A DNA stretch of 64,000 nucleotides. Source: Diplonema japonicum. Lineage: Eukaryota > Protista > Euglenozoa: Diplonemea. The notes under the pieces were generated by a model that ran no database searches, had not been told where the DNA came from, and saw nothing but the letters and a program-made list of their open reading frames with translations. Positions 22,831 to 34,900 of this stretch are shown in pieces. The position numbers and the translations under genes were made by a program. Each line of letters begins with the position of its first letter. Position 1 is the first letter of the stretch. Location: NCBI GenBank assembly GCA_964019335.1, contig OZ025668.1, forward strand, positions 62,001 through 126,000, in the 5' to 3' direction.

Positions 22831-24060
22831 AGAAAAGAAAAGTGTGTGTGATGGGAACGTGATGGTTCTTTTCGGATTCTTTTTCTTTTTCTTTTCTCCT
22901 CTTCCCCCCTTAAATGACCCCTCCCCCCCCCATACCACCCAACACTTCCAGGGAGAAAAAGGTAAATGTGGCCTGAGGATGCTGCCTCTTCATAAGGAGA
23001 ACCTCTTAGGCCGTTCATTACCAGGCCCAGAAGGATGGAAGAGAGCCTCGTCTCAAAACCCCAGGAGGACATGAAAGAATTATATCTTTTTGCTTTGCTG
23101 GGGGGGGGGGTCCGTAATTCTTCTTTTTGTTCCCTTGTGTGTGTTTTGTTTTCTACTTCTTTCTTTTTCTCTTTCGGCTACTGCGTGCCCCAGATACACA
23201 GAAAAGTTAAATTGAAAAGATGAGGAAGGTAAATTAGATAGTAATATTCAAAAAAAAAAGAAAAGAAACTAGGGTATTGTAGGTCATCTTCTTAGGCAAA
23301 TAAAAAAAAAGAAATATACTCGACCAATTTCTTGCAGTGCACCAGTTGGTGCCCACCGTGAACTTCGTACACAGTTAGTAAAACGAGGTTTTCTTTTTTT
23401 CTTTTTCCTTTCGCGATCCACCCTCGTCACAAAGGACAAGTTCTATTTATTACTTGAATGACTCTCTTTCTTTCAGGAAGTCAGTAAAGATGTTTACGGA
23501 GAAAACAGAAAGAATAGTCGGTCGGCCCTTAGCATTTGTTTGCCGCATAAACACCACTTCTCTTTCCTCAAATGCGCACTATTCAAAGTGCCTTCATACC
23601 TTCTGGGGGGGGGGGGGGGGGGAGAGAAATAAAGGTAGGGGTCTTCTTTTTTAATTTTCTCTTGTGCGCACGAGCACCTTCTTTTGCCCCTCCCTTAATT
23701 CTTCTTTTTCTTTTAACAACAGACCTTTTAGCGGGGGGGGAGGTGTGTGTTTTTTTTTAATTTTCTTCTCAAAAAAAAAGGAATAAAAAAAAAAAGAAAG
23801 AAACAAAAAAAATAGCAAAGCAGCGTTGTTCAAAAATCAAATGAATTCTTCAGGGGTTTTTTTCCCTCGCTTCATTCAAACCCCCCCCCCCCCCCCCCCC
23901 CCCCCCCATTGAAAGATTCTTGCTGGTCCAAGTAAGTCACCGCCGATCTGTCTATTTTCTGGGTGGTAAGCACAGTTCGAATATGGGGGTGTAGCCGTGC
24001 CTGGGGGTAGGGTTTTATCAAAAGGGACACAAGAGAAAATTGGGGGGTAGGGGGGATGGT

Positions 24061-24354
24061 CCTTAAAGAGCCATTTTTTGCCATTTGACCACCCCAGAAA
24101 TGCCCACATATCACCCAAACCCCTGTTTCCCCATGGTTTTCGGCCCATAAGTGCCTAGGATCATGTTCTATTTCTTGGGCCCCGTGTACAAACCCAATGT
24201 AATCCTACGTAACGTTAAAAAGGGATTACACTGGGTTTGTACCAAACGGGGGCATAGAACATGACCCTGAGCACTTATAGGCCGAAAACCATGGGGAAAC
24301 AGGGGTTTGGGTGATATGTGGGCATTTTTGGGGTGGTCAGAGTTTTTTTTAAGG
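24061..24354. mobile_element. Foldback palindrome, MITE-like (non-autonomous)
   Basis: Arms 24086-24171 and 24254-24339 are near-perfect reverse complements; inner arms gtacaaacccaatgtaatcc/ggattacactgggtttgtac; outer ccttaaa/tttaagg. The palindrome is certain, mobility is inferred. Confidence 0.6.
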
Positions 24355-25201
24355 CCCAAAATGCCCTTAGCGAAAGAACTGAAAAATGGTAAAAAAAAAA
24401 AAAAAAAAAAAAAAAAAGAGATGAGATAAAGGAGGTTCCTGTTTTGGAACGTCCCCCCTCAAAAAAAAAAAAAAACGATCCCCTTATTACCCCTAAGGGC
24501 TATGCTGGCAAGGAAACGCGTTTCCAAGCATTTCTTTTGAAAAAAAGTTGTCTCGATTCTAGTGGTGCCATGCAGTATGTGACACAGCGGCCACCCTTGT
24601 GAAACTTCGCCCCGAAGCCTCCCAAGTCCCCTGTGGTCCCGTAGAAAGTAAAAGTGGAGAGGTAAAGAAAGCTTGGAAATTGAAATAGGGAGAGGGGCCA
24701 CAGAAGCAATTAAACACCAACTGGAGAGTTGTGGGAGGCTTGCTTCACTGGCACGATGCCGCGGGGAGGCTACTTGCCTGACCTGGTGAAGCCACCTCCT
24801 TGTTCGATGTAATGGGATAAGGGACTCTCCGTTGAGGGCGATGCTAACTGGCGCCACGCGTAGGGTGGGCTCTCCACCCCCGTCCAGGTTTCCCCACGTG
24901 TACGGCTTTAGAACGAGAGTTTCCCTTTCGCTTGTGGTTCTCCAAACCACAATTACCAGGAACCACCACAGGGAGGTTGGAAACATTGGTCCCCAAAAAA
25001 AGGAAACGGAAATGTTTCCTTATTCTAGGGCCGTTTCCTTAGAAGGGACCACTCTCTGAAAAGGGTAGTATCTGAAAAATAAGGAAACAGAAACGGAAAC
25101 GTTTCCCCGTTTCTTGCCGGCATAGCCCTGGGGGGGGGGGGGGGGGGGGGGGGGTGTTGAAGGAACTAAAATAGAGACGTGTAGCAAAAAAAAACTTAAA
25201 T

Positions 25202-25405
25202 GGGGGCTTTGATCGCAACACTAAGTGGCGTTAAGTGTGCAACGAAAGCATGAAGCATGAAATATCAACTTGATTACAGGGGTGCACCTCGGCCTAGCTG
25301 TAGCTTCTTCTGCGTTCCGCGTCGTGTCCTTAATGCGTGTGGTGTGCAACTCAACCCCGAGTACATCTGATGTACTTCTTATATTTCCATGTCTTCCCCA
25401 CCACC
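25202..25405. repeat. Dispersed repeat A, copy 2 (about 65 nt longer internally)
   Basis: Aligns with 21270-21408 at both ends; contains the palindrome agtacatc-t-gatgtact. Confidence 0.85.
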
Positions 25406-26748
25406 AAAAAAAACTACTCTTCTAAGGATGCGCTTTGGGGTTGTCGACAGGAATCTCTCCCGCACATAGCAGCTGTCTTACCCACCTCCCAGCATATGAC
25501 CTTCAACTCCATTCTACAGCCATCAACACCTTCTGAGGTCGCCCGTTATATGAAAAAGAGAGAAAAAAAAGTAAGACGAAAAAAAAAGAATACGAGTACG
25601 TCGCTTCGGGCAAAAAAAAAGGAAGAAGAAGAAAAAAAGAGGGTAGGGCCGCAAGCCACTAAGTTCTTTATGCTCCTGTCCCATGGTCTTTCTTCTTGTT
25701 GAATTTCAAAGAAAAAAGAAGGCAAAAAAAAGATAAAGAGGGGGGGGGATATCACAAAAGATAAAAGGGCGCTCCAAGAGAGAAGTAGAGAGACAAAAAA
25801 ACGAGAAAAAAAAAAGAACGAACAAAGAAAAAGGTGGGGGGGGAAGCTATCTAATACAGGCTTAAAACCACAACAAAAAAAAAGCGCAGTTCCTCCAGGA
25901 GCACACGGACGGCTCATTCTCTTTATCGTGGAGTGCAAGAAGAAGAAAAAAAGAGTCGGTTTTTAGCATTTGTCATGATCACTACTCTTTTTTGTGAAAG
26001 AAGGAGAAAAAAAAGGGGGGGGGTGGAAGGGAAATTCCAAACACAAAGAAGGAGATTCTTAATGCGATTAAAAAAAAAACATATATTGGTTGTATTTCTT
26101 TTTCTTTTTCTTTTATTTGTATTGTTTTCCCACAATACAAATAACATCATGCAGTGGGTAAGGGGGGGAGGGATCCTGGTGTGGTTGATTTTCTTCTTTC
26201 TTCTCTTCTTCTTCTTTCTAAATAAAGATTACAGTACATATCTCTAAAGTGCTCAGGTATCCTCCATTTTCATGGCCTGAACAAATCTGAAAAGAAAAGT
26301 GGAACCCCTTAAATGAGCCGTGACAGGCAGCCGGGACTTCTTTCGGTGAAACGCAAAGGCAATGACGTATCTTTAGACTATTACTCTAAAAAATCCCAAG
26401 CGAATCCCCTCGCACTTTAGTTTTTGAAGCGGGTTTGAAGAAAATAGAGGAGTGAAGGCCAGACCCTCACTGCATAGTGGAAATCAAAGAAAAAGGAAAG
26501 GGGGCAATGGGAGGGCAGCAGACCCTTATCGTAGCACTCATGCAGACGGCGGGTTTTGAGCACATCATGGAAACCCAACACAAAAAAAGAAATTCTTCTT
26601 GGTCTTCATTATATGAGTGGACGAGAAAAGCCTTTTATTCTTGCTTCTGAAAAACCCCCACCACTGTGAGCGGGATGGAACAGGCGCAACAAAGTCTTCT
26701 GTCTTTAAATTACCCCCCCCTTAAAAAAAACCTGAAATTAAAAAAAAT

Positions 26749-26795
26749 TTCACTAAGATAGGAAACGAAGTGGTTAGCAACGGCCCACCAAAAAA
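26749..26795. repeat. Dispersed repeat B, copy 2
   Basis: ttcactaagataggaaacgaagtggttagcaacggcccacc, about 20 nt beyond the cyclase stop codon. Confidence 0.8.
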
Positions 26796-26813
26796 GAGGA
26801 AAGAATTTCAGAC

Positions 26814-29800
26814 TTAATCGTCATAGCTGGTTATTCTAAAGGAATACTGTCTGGCATGAGTAGAGCAAGTGTACTGGTTTGCCGAGGTTGGGTACCACAG
26901 GCAGATGGCGGAAAGGATGTAGTGGGTGACCAAAGGCATCGTCCCCTGGCTCGACAAGGAGGACGGGTTCACATCTTTTCTGTTGATAAACCGTATAGCT
27001 GCCTTGGTAAGCTGCAGCACCGGCCCCATGTGCTTGTTGAAGGAGAGTGCTTTCAAGTGGGGCGTCACGTAATTCTGCAGAATATCGAGAGCCCACGAGG
27101 ACATGATGTCGCCCTTGTGCTGCAGCAAGATCACCACCCACACGAAGTGTATCAAGGCGGGCAGTGCAACCGGTGTGAACCACATTTCGTGTTGTATTTC
27201 GATGATTTTGTCTATGCACGCGATGGCCTCGTGGTTGGACACACTGGTAGCCCTCCCCACGCAGCAGATGAACTCCAGAAGAGTGTCGTCCTTGTTGGTC
27301 CTGTCCATGAGCTCTTGAGGAGGCTCTCCTAACACCCTCTCATCGTTCTCTGACTCGAACACGACCTCTCTCATGTAGTACAGCGCCAGGCACGTCAGGT
27401 GCCCATGCTCACAGCCCTGCTTGCGCAGTACTTCGCTGTTCTTCCGCAACACGGCAGCAGTGCCCGCTTCGTTGCCCATCAAGATACACACTGTTGCTGC
27501 ATACGCCGGTGCCATCATACGTGCCCTCTCGTTCCCCCGCCGTAGCCCCACAAACTCCAACGGCGACCTTACGAAGTCCCGCATCGTCTCGCTGTCCAAA
27601 CCAAGGTGCAGCAGCAGCAACAGCGACGGCAGACTGGGGCATGCCACCACGTCATTGTAGTCCAGCACCACCTTGACGCCCTCGACGAGCCGCAGGACGT
27701 TGTCGATGGCCTTCAGGTCGGGCTTGCTGCGGCTCCTCTTCACGTCCTGGATCAGCCGCCCGCCACCTTTGAATATGAGAGCCAGCTGGTTGGTGATGAT
27801 GCCCATGTCCACGATGCTGTGGTAGCCTTTGATGCACTCGTTGCTCTCGAGGGCATAGTACTTGTCATTCGAACTTCCAAAACAACATGTGAAGCCCAGC
27901 ATCCTCCGCGACCTCCGCCGCACGTCACGCTCCATGATAGCGTCGGACACTATACCCAGTTCGGAGAGGCCAAGGAGGTGTGCCGCTTGTTTCACTGACT
28001 TTGTGAAGGAGCCCAGCAAGACGTACAGTTGTGTGAGCTGCCACCGGATGTCGTCTAGGCGCAGACCCTCGAGGCCGGCGTCTTCTGACTGTGTTTCGAA
28101 CATGATGGCCTTTTGGATGTACCGTTCCGCTGTTTTGTACTCTCCTTTAGTGGTTAAGTAGGTGCCTGCTTTCACGCTCCACCTGGCTGCGCCTGTAGGG
28201 TATCCGCCGTACTCGTAGTGTCGTGCTACGTCAGCAGGCGTGATGTGGTCCAGCTCGTGCCACAGGTCCTCCATGGCCTGCCCGATCCTGAAGTGGTTCT
28301 CACACTTCTCCGATGACAGCATATTGCTGTACAACGTAAGGGACAGGGCGTGCAGCGTGAAGGTGTGGAATCTCTCGTCGTCACACTTATGGAACACGTT
28401 CCTCCTCTCAAGCAGCCTGATCGTGTTTTCCACTTCATCCGAGTGTGCGTTGTTCGTGACGTTCAAGATTGCTGAGATCAGACGGAACTCAAAAGGCTTG
28501 CCTACCACGCATCCTATCTTCATGATCTCCAGTGACAAGGGCGACACCTCTGCCTTGAGTTTGTCAAGCGTCCCAATGGCCACGCTCTCGATGGTGGACA
28601 TACTGGACAAGATCTTGTCAAAATCCGCATCTGTCTGCAGCACCTCAGCAGACAGGTCTCCATTCACAGCAATGATGCCTTCGGCTAAGAGAGAGTCAAG
28701 AGCTTGCGTGATGATCATGGGGCAGCCATCACAGTACCGCTTCACAAGGTCCAGAAGGATGTCCTCTATTGAGTCGGCGTTCAAGCACGCTTTGCAGAGG
28801 TTGACACACTCGTCGTGTGTAAAGCGGTTCAAGACGGCAACCAAAGGGTTCATGGAGTGCAGGATCTTGAGGGTACCGTTGTTGTCATCTTCAGAAAGCG
28901 TCAGCGACACGCTCTTCATCAAACCGTCGTTCTGCTGCGCGATTGCAAAGGGTTTGTACTCCTCGACGTGGCTGCAGACAAGACCCATCATAATTCCTTC
29001 GTTGGTGTTAAAGGCCTGCAGGGACGCCAGCAGCGCCTTTACGGTGACATCGTCCATGGCATCAATGTCGTCTACAACGATGACGACGATGCTATTGTTG
29101 GTCTTGTGAGCATAGGCCGTCACCACCATGATGATGATCTTCTCAACCACCTCGGGGGGGATCAGGTACGCCTCATCAGGCGATGGCGCCAACAACGCTT
29201 TCTTTACGACACGGCTGAAGTCGCTGGTGGTGATGAGCTGCACCATCCAGTCCTTGTCACCCACTTCGTTCGAGATTCGTTTAGTGACATGTATCACTCC
29301 GTAGTTGGGGATGTCGCTCATTGTCTGCCGGGGGAGGAGCTTGATGTGCGCTATCTTGTCCTTCTGCAGACATTCGCAGAAGTATGACAACAGTGTCGTC
29401 TTCCCCATTCCCCTACCGCCCTTCACTACAAAAAGGTGCATGCTCGGCAGTGTCCCAGACATGCCCGGTACGACTGCTGACGAAAAAAAAAGGTTCCGTA
29501 CAAACTCTTTCAACGATCTCTTTGCTGTTTCTCTCCCCACGACAAGCGTGTTGCTCACCCCTATCGACACGTAAGACTCGGTCACGGACTTCACTTCGTT
29601 TATAAACTTAAAACTTGACCGCATTTTCTTCCAAGCTCGCGACGTGCGAGACGAACGCGATGTACGCGATCCCAAGCTGCCTGAGGACACAACACTTTTA
29701 ATCGACGGCACGGATCGCAGGATGCTGGGGTTGATTGCAAGATCATCTTCGCTACCACTGCTGTTGCCCGTGCTGAGGTCCACTGTTCCGGCAAAGATCA

Positions 29801-31169
29801 GATCTGTCTTCCCTTTCACGCTGATCATCTCGCGTTGCCGGATGTGAATGCGCGGCGACTCGTTCGCAACTACCTCGTCAACAACAATGGTGCTTTCCCC
29901 ATTGCTCGCCGTCTCCCCGTACGTCATCAGCCTGCTGCTCACGTTCACCGCATCACCCAGTACTGTATACTCCGCCCGGAAGGAGTTCCCCACCTCTCCA
30001 CAGTACACCTTGTCTTTGCAGATACCGGCAACTACCTGCGTGTCAAACTTGCGAATCACTTCCATAGCGCAGTGGCAGGCCCGCTCGCAATTGTCGGAGT
30101 GGGTGTAGAATGGTAGCCCAAAGCACACCAGCGCCACGATGCCCTTGTCGTCGACCATCAGCTTGTTGAAGACACCGCCGAATTTGGAAACACTTCTTTC
30201 AAGTGCGGACCCCAAGATAGCTAGCGACTCGGGTGTCTCGAAGCCTTTGAATGACATGAACATGACGACCACGCTGCGCACCTCGCTGCGAGATTGCTTG
30301 AGAGCTACTTTGAAGACGAGGCGCTGGAGGGGGTCGGGGGTGGGGCTGTGCGTGGGCGAGGCGGGGAACGATGAAGAGCTGTCAGACGACTGTGAGGTAG
30401 GCGTAACAATCGTGGGGTGTGTGGGAGGAGGGGTGATAGAGAGGTAGGAAGGCGTCGGCGAGGCGGGAGAGAAGGAAGGCGAGGTGGGGACGGGAACGAC
30501 AGGTGACGGGAACGGCGGGCTGACCAGACCACACTGAATGTCGAAAGCGAAAGAGCTGAGATCCGATGCAAAATGGGGGTGGATGTAGAGCTGGTTTGGG
30601 TCCGCCTTCTCACAGCATGACCACGCGTGGGAGCAGGCCTCTCCACAGACAACAGAGTGCCATTGTGATCTCTTGCTTCCGAAGAGAACGCGGTGTATCT
30701 TGCCTTTACCGACACCAGTTCGAAGAGATGGTGTGATATGCAGCTTGCCGATGGAGAGAGAGACGGTTGCGGCTTCCTTACACATGGCTACAGCGCATTC
30801 GACGCAAGACTTAGAGGAGCTGGGGTTCGTGAAGACAGAGAGGATGGCATCGCCACTGAACTGTATCACATCACCGCCGAAGGACTTGATTGTTAAGAGC
30901 AGCTTGTCGAAGAAGGTGTTAAGCACCACGCTGATCAACTCAGCACCCTGTGACGCACCCCCCGAAGAGAGGCTCTCTGTCAGTGAGGTGAACCCCACGA
31001 TGTCACAGTACATAGCCGCCCCGTGCACTGTAGAGATGTGTTCCTCGATGCCCTTCCCCTTCCTCACATGGTCCAACACCCATCGTGGGACGTAGTTGGA
31101 GACATCGCGTGTTTCCCTTACCTCCCGTGTCGTTCGTTGTTTGTGACCTTTCTCCCATATTCTATTCAT
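26814..31169 (-). CDS. ADCY10: Soluble adenylyl cyclase-like protein (two class III cyclase domains, STAND NTPase, helical/TPR-like region)
   Basis: C1: CDIVGFTSLTE and GGDVIQFSGDA. C2: NKLMVDDKG, FGLP and EYTVLGDAVNVSSRLM. Walker A GGRGMGKT, Walker B VIVVDD. No clear TM segment. Confidence 0.82.
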   Translation of the reverse strand: MNRIWEKGHKQRTTREVRETRDVSNYVPRWVLDHVRKGKGIEEHISTVHGAAMYCDIVGFTSLTESLSSGGASQGAELISVVLNTFFDKLLLTIKSFGGDVIQFSGDAILSVFTNPSSSKSCVECAVAMCKEAATVSLSIGKLHITPSLRTGVGKGKIHRVLFGSKRSQWHSVVCGEACSHAWSCCEKADPNQLYIHPHFASDLSSFAFDIQCGLVSPPFPSPVVPVPTSPSFSPASPTPSYLSITPPPTHPTIVTPTSQSSDSSSSFPASPTHSPTPDPLQRLVFKVALKQSRSEVRSVVVMFMSFKGFETPESLAILGSALERSVSKFGGVFNKLMVDDKGIVALVCFGLPFYTHSDNCERACHCAMEVIRKFDTQVVAGICKDKVYCGEVGNSFRAEYTVLGDAVNVSSRLMTYGETASNGESTIVVDEVVANESPRIHIRQREMISVKGKTDLIFAGTVDLSTGNSSGSEDDLAINPSILRSVPSIKSVVSSGSLGSRTSRSSRTSRAWKKMRSSFKFINEVKSVTESYVSIGVSNTLVVGRETAKRSLKEFVRNLFFSSAVVPGMSGTLPSMHLFVVKGGRGMGKTTLLSYFCECLQKDKIAHIKLLPRQTMSDIPNYGVIHVTKRISNEVGDKDWMVQLITTSDFSRVVKKALLAPSPDEAYLIPPEVVEKIIIMVVTAYAHKTNNSIVVIVVDDIDAMDDVTVKALLASLQAFNTNEGIMMGLVCSHVEEYKPFAIAQQNDGLMKSVSLTLSEDDNNGTLKILHSMNPLVAVLNRFTHDECVNLCKACLNADSIEDILLDLVKRYCDGCPMIITQALDSLLAEGIIAVNGDLSAEVLQTDADFDKILSSMSTIESVAIGTLDKLKAEVSPLSLEIMKIGCVVGKPFEFRLISAILNVTNNAHSDEVENTIRLLERRNVFHKCDDERFHTFTLHALSLTLYSNMLSSEKCENHFRIGQAMEDLWHELDHITPADVARHYEYGGYPTGAARWSVKAGTYLTTKGEYKTAERYIQKAIMFETQSEDAGLEGLRLDDIRWQLTQLYVLLGSFTKSVKQAAHLLGLSELGIVSDAIMERDVRRRSRRMLGFTCCFGSSNDKYYALESNECIKGYHSIVDMGIITNQLALIFKGGGRLIQDVKRSRSKPDLKAIDNVLRLVEGVKVVLDYNDVVACPSLPSLLLLLHLGLDSETMRDFVRSPLEFVGLRRGNERARMMAPAYAATVCILMGNEAGTAAVLRKNSEVLRKQGCEHGHLTCLALYYMREVVFESENDERVLGEPPQELMDRTNKDDTLLEFICCVGRATSVSNHEAIACIDKIIEIQHEMWFTPVALPALIHFVWVVILLQHKGDIMSSWALDILQNYVTPHLKALSFNKHMGPVLQLTKAAIRFINRKDVNPSSLSSQGTMPLVTHYILSAICLWYPTSANQYTCSTHARQYSFRITSYDD

Positions 31170-31970
31170 GGAAGGCCTTAGTAGATATGGTTTATTTCGG
31201 GAAAGTAAAATGTGACACGGCTTGAGAAGAAATAAAATCATCTCCCAAGACTAGAAATAACTACATACTAAACTGAGTGGCAGAGAAGAAACAATTTTTT
31301 TTTTTCTTGTAATTTTACAATCGAAAAGTAGAACAAAAAAAGATTAAACCTACAACTACACATAAACAAAGCAGATAAAAGAAAGGCAAAAAAAAAAAAA
31401 ATAGGGGGAAAGAGAGAGAGAAAAAGAACCCTGGGTAATTATAATCTTGTTTTTGCTGTAGTCAAAAAAACTGGCAGGGGGAGGAAAAAGTGGGGCCTTT
31501 TCGGTTTTCTTCATAAAGGGCTTAGAATTCTTTGTGAGTGTGTGGGCACTGGCCAGTACAATACAGCATAAGCACATTTAAAGGGGGGGGAAGTCATTAC
31601 AAAACAAAACAGAGAAAGGGAGGAAGGAATAAATAAAGTTCTTTATAACCTTCCTTGTATTGACACAGAGGATTGATAGATTATCTTGAAAAAAGATTTC
31701 CTTTTATTTTTCTTCTTTTTTCTGTATCTCCATTTCCTGTCCAAAAAAAAACTCTTTTTTCCTTTTTCTTTTTTCCTTCTTTCTTTCATTTCTTTTTTTT
31801 CTCTGCACTCCAGTTTTCTCCTGTTTCCTTTTTCTTCTTTTTTTGTTCACTCCCTTCCCATTCCTAGGGCAGGAAGGTAGCTGATCAATGTACATTCTTT
31901 CCAACAATACATTGAAAAAAACGTGCATCTCCCCAGGAAGAGAATCCCGGAGTGGGGTGCTGTAGAGTTT

Positions 31971-34900
31971 TCAACCCCCACTTCTTGCTACGGACTGTGC
32001 CTCCCAGCCTCCCGGGGGACGTATGTCCCTATATGAGATACCCCTGCAGTGTCTGATGTTGTATTCTTGTGCATACCTTGACCCCGTCCCGTCCATCCAG
32101 TCTACATCCCAACAGCCATCTTGGTCGCAGTTGCTGCTGTTGATCTTTGCAGGAAACCATTGTCCTGAATAGAGCACCTCCACAGAGTCATTCAGACCCC
32201 ATTGCTGTCATGAGTAAGGTAGACGTAGAAAAAACATACTTTAAAGGGCACTGACACATCGCTCCCCATCCCTGAGCCTGACCCTACACCTGACCCTTCC
32301 CTGTCATCGTAAGTGTCCATCTCTGCTTTCTGCCGTTCCAGTTGATTGATCTCTTCTTGCAGCTGCCTTGCTTTCACTCCCTCTGCTAAGCTTGTGCTAG
32401 GCTCTCTGCCGTCCCTCCTCCACGACCCTTGCGACTCCTGGTAGCGTGACCTATCATCGTAATGCGACCTCGTGTCGCCGTACTGGCTCATTTCCATGTC
32501 GTTCTCTTTGTACTCCTCGCGTGTCGTCTCCTTCTCCTTTTTCCTTGTGCAGAACAGCAGCAAGGCGATTGCAGCACACACCAGCAGCACCGCAATAACA
32601 AGCAACACAATAGCCCACCACGGGAACGAGGACCCATCGTCGTTGGAGTTGTTCTGCACCGTCACAGGTGTGCCGCCTTGTGTAGCACCACCGGCCAGAG
32701 AATCGGGGACCGCTACTTGGAGGTTACTCGCAGCAGCTGATGTCAGTGTGAGGGGGAACTCAGGCTTACCTGTGTACACGGGGCCCTGCTTCAACTCATT
32801 TTGTTCCAAAGCTAATCGCAGGTTGCGGATGTCCTCATCGACTAGCGGCACTGTGTTGTCGGCAACAATGATGTCCACCACCTCTGGCTGCTGCACTTGC
32901 AGAACGGCGGCGTCCCTGCCCGTCTTCCAGCTCACCTGAGGCCTGAAGCAGTTGTTAGAGTTGACAGGACACATCAACGTCACAACAAGCTCCGCGACGC
33001 CGGACGTGAAGCGCCCGTAGCTGAGGGACAGCTTCTTCTCCAAGGAAATAACAAACGCGCTCTCCTCTGTCGAGCTGGACAGTACCTGGTTGGGTATCAC
33101 TGTCATGCGCACCCTCTTCCACGGCCTGTTGGGAACGCTCACAGTGGACTGCGTGGAGGGCGCACAGCCCGAGATCAAGAAGTTTCCGCCGTTCGTAATA
33201 CAGGTAACGACGGGGGTGCCTGTGTAACCTGCAGCACAAGTCACGCCGCAAGTCGAGGTTTTTGTGCAAGCGGGGTTGGTGAAGGCGTAGCCTGCCACGC
33301 TGCTTGGTGCTTGGCACGTGTTCTCCACACACCCCTGCATGAGGAACGAGCCTTTGTCTGTGGCACAAGTTATGGTGGGCACAGACACTTGTGTGTAACC
33401 CGAAGCACAAGTAACAGCACCGCACGACTGGACAGTGGTGCATGAAAGGCCGCCCTGCAACACGTAACCAACGTATTGTGAGGCAGGAGGGTTGCATTGG
33501 TTGGCAATGCACCCTGCCAATACCACCGTAGATCCCGTGCACGTAGCGCTTGCAACACCGTTGTATCCAGAAGCACACGACACCGTGCCGCACTGTGACA
33601 ACGTCGTGCACTGTGCGCCGCCTGAGAAGAGGTACCCAGGAAGCTTGGGCACAATGCACGTATTCACATTAGTACACGTGTAACCTGAAATAGTCGCAGC
33701 AGCTGCCTGGTTTGTGCACGTCACAACTGCATTTCCACTGCAAGAGTAGCCTGCGACTGCCGCCATGAATTGAGTGACATCTTGCCCCGTGGTCAACTGC
33801 TGTCCCGCGGTAATAGTAGTAGTAGCACCATTTGGTGGAGTAGCACCACTGTTGCAGGCAATAGCCGTGCACTGCATACCCGTGACAGTAGCTACAGCGT
33901 TACCTACGTGGCACAAAACAACCGGGGTGCCGGTGCAAGTGTATCCGCTTAGGGGGGTGAGGCTCGATCCCAGCGTGTCACCAGTAGTAACGGAGCTGGG
34001 GTTGCCGATCAGGGTCATGAATACTGGCGCCTGCACGCTGCTGCAGACGTTTGGTGTGCATGTGTACCCGGTCGTGGTGGCCTGCCCAAGCTGAGCATTG
34101 CACACTGCCATCGCCGTACCAGTGCAAACGTATCCAGCAGCGGCAGAGACGAAGCTCGACACAATGTCACCTGTGCTGAATACGTTCGATTGTCCAACAA
34201 CGGTAGCGCCAGCAGGCGCTGCTATACTGAAGCATTGGTTGGAGATACAGCTGTAACCCGAAACCTCGGAAGGTGCTTGGCCAGTGACCCTGCAAAGAGC
34301 TAGGGGTGATCCGTGACATGAGTAACCAGGTTGGCTTGTCAGAAGAGACGTCAAGCTACTTCCTGTCGCCAGGCTGCTGGGGGTGTTTGATGATGCAGTC
34401 GACCCAAGAGGCACCGTCAAACCACCAGAGCAGGTGTTGCCTGAGCACGTGTACCCAGCCACAGTCGCAGTGCCCCCGCTGCACACTGCCGTGGGTGTAC
34501 CAGTGCAGGTATAACCTAGCATTGTCTGCAACCTGTTCAAGACATTGTCGCCATTGCTAATGGCACCTTGGCCTGTCACTGTAGTGCCGACTGGTGCCGT
34601 CAATGATGCACACTGACCACTCGTGTAACACGTGTATCCAGACGCTGTAACTGTACCCGGGCCAGTAGTATCACAACGTGCGATGGCTGCATTAACGCAC
34701 ATGTAGCCTGCCGCTGCATTAAGGAGGCTAGTGATATCCATCCCTGAGGTGATGACACTCGGAACCTGAGCCCCTGAGAGCACCGAGCCTGCTGGTAAAC
34801 TGATTCCGCCAGAGCATGAGTTGGGTGTGCAAGTGTAACCTGAAACGGTTGCTACGCCATTAGGAGAGGAACACAAAGCTGTTGCAGTACCCGTGCACAC

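Noticed and set aside
23955-24010. tRNA-like fragments (gttcgaat, gggggtgtagcc)
   Set aside because: Wrong order and no cloverleaf.
24459-24986. 175-aa ORF beside the foldback element as a possible transposase
   Set aside because: No DDE, RT or other recognisable motif.
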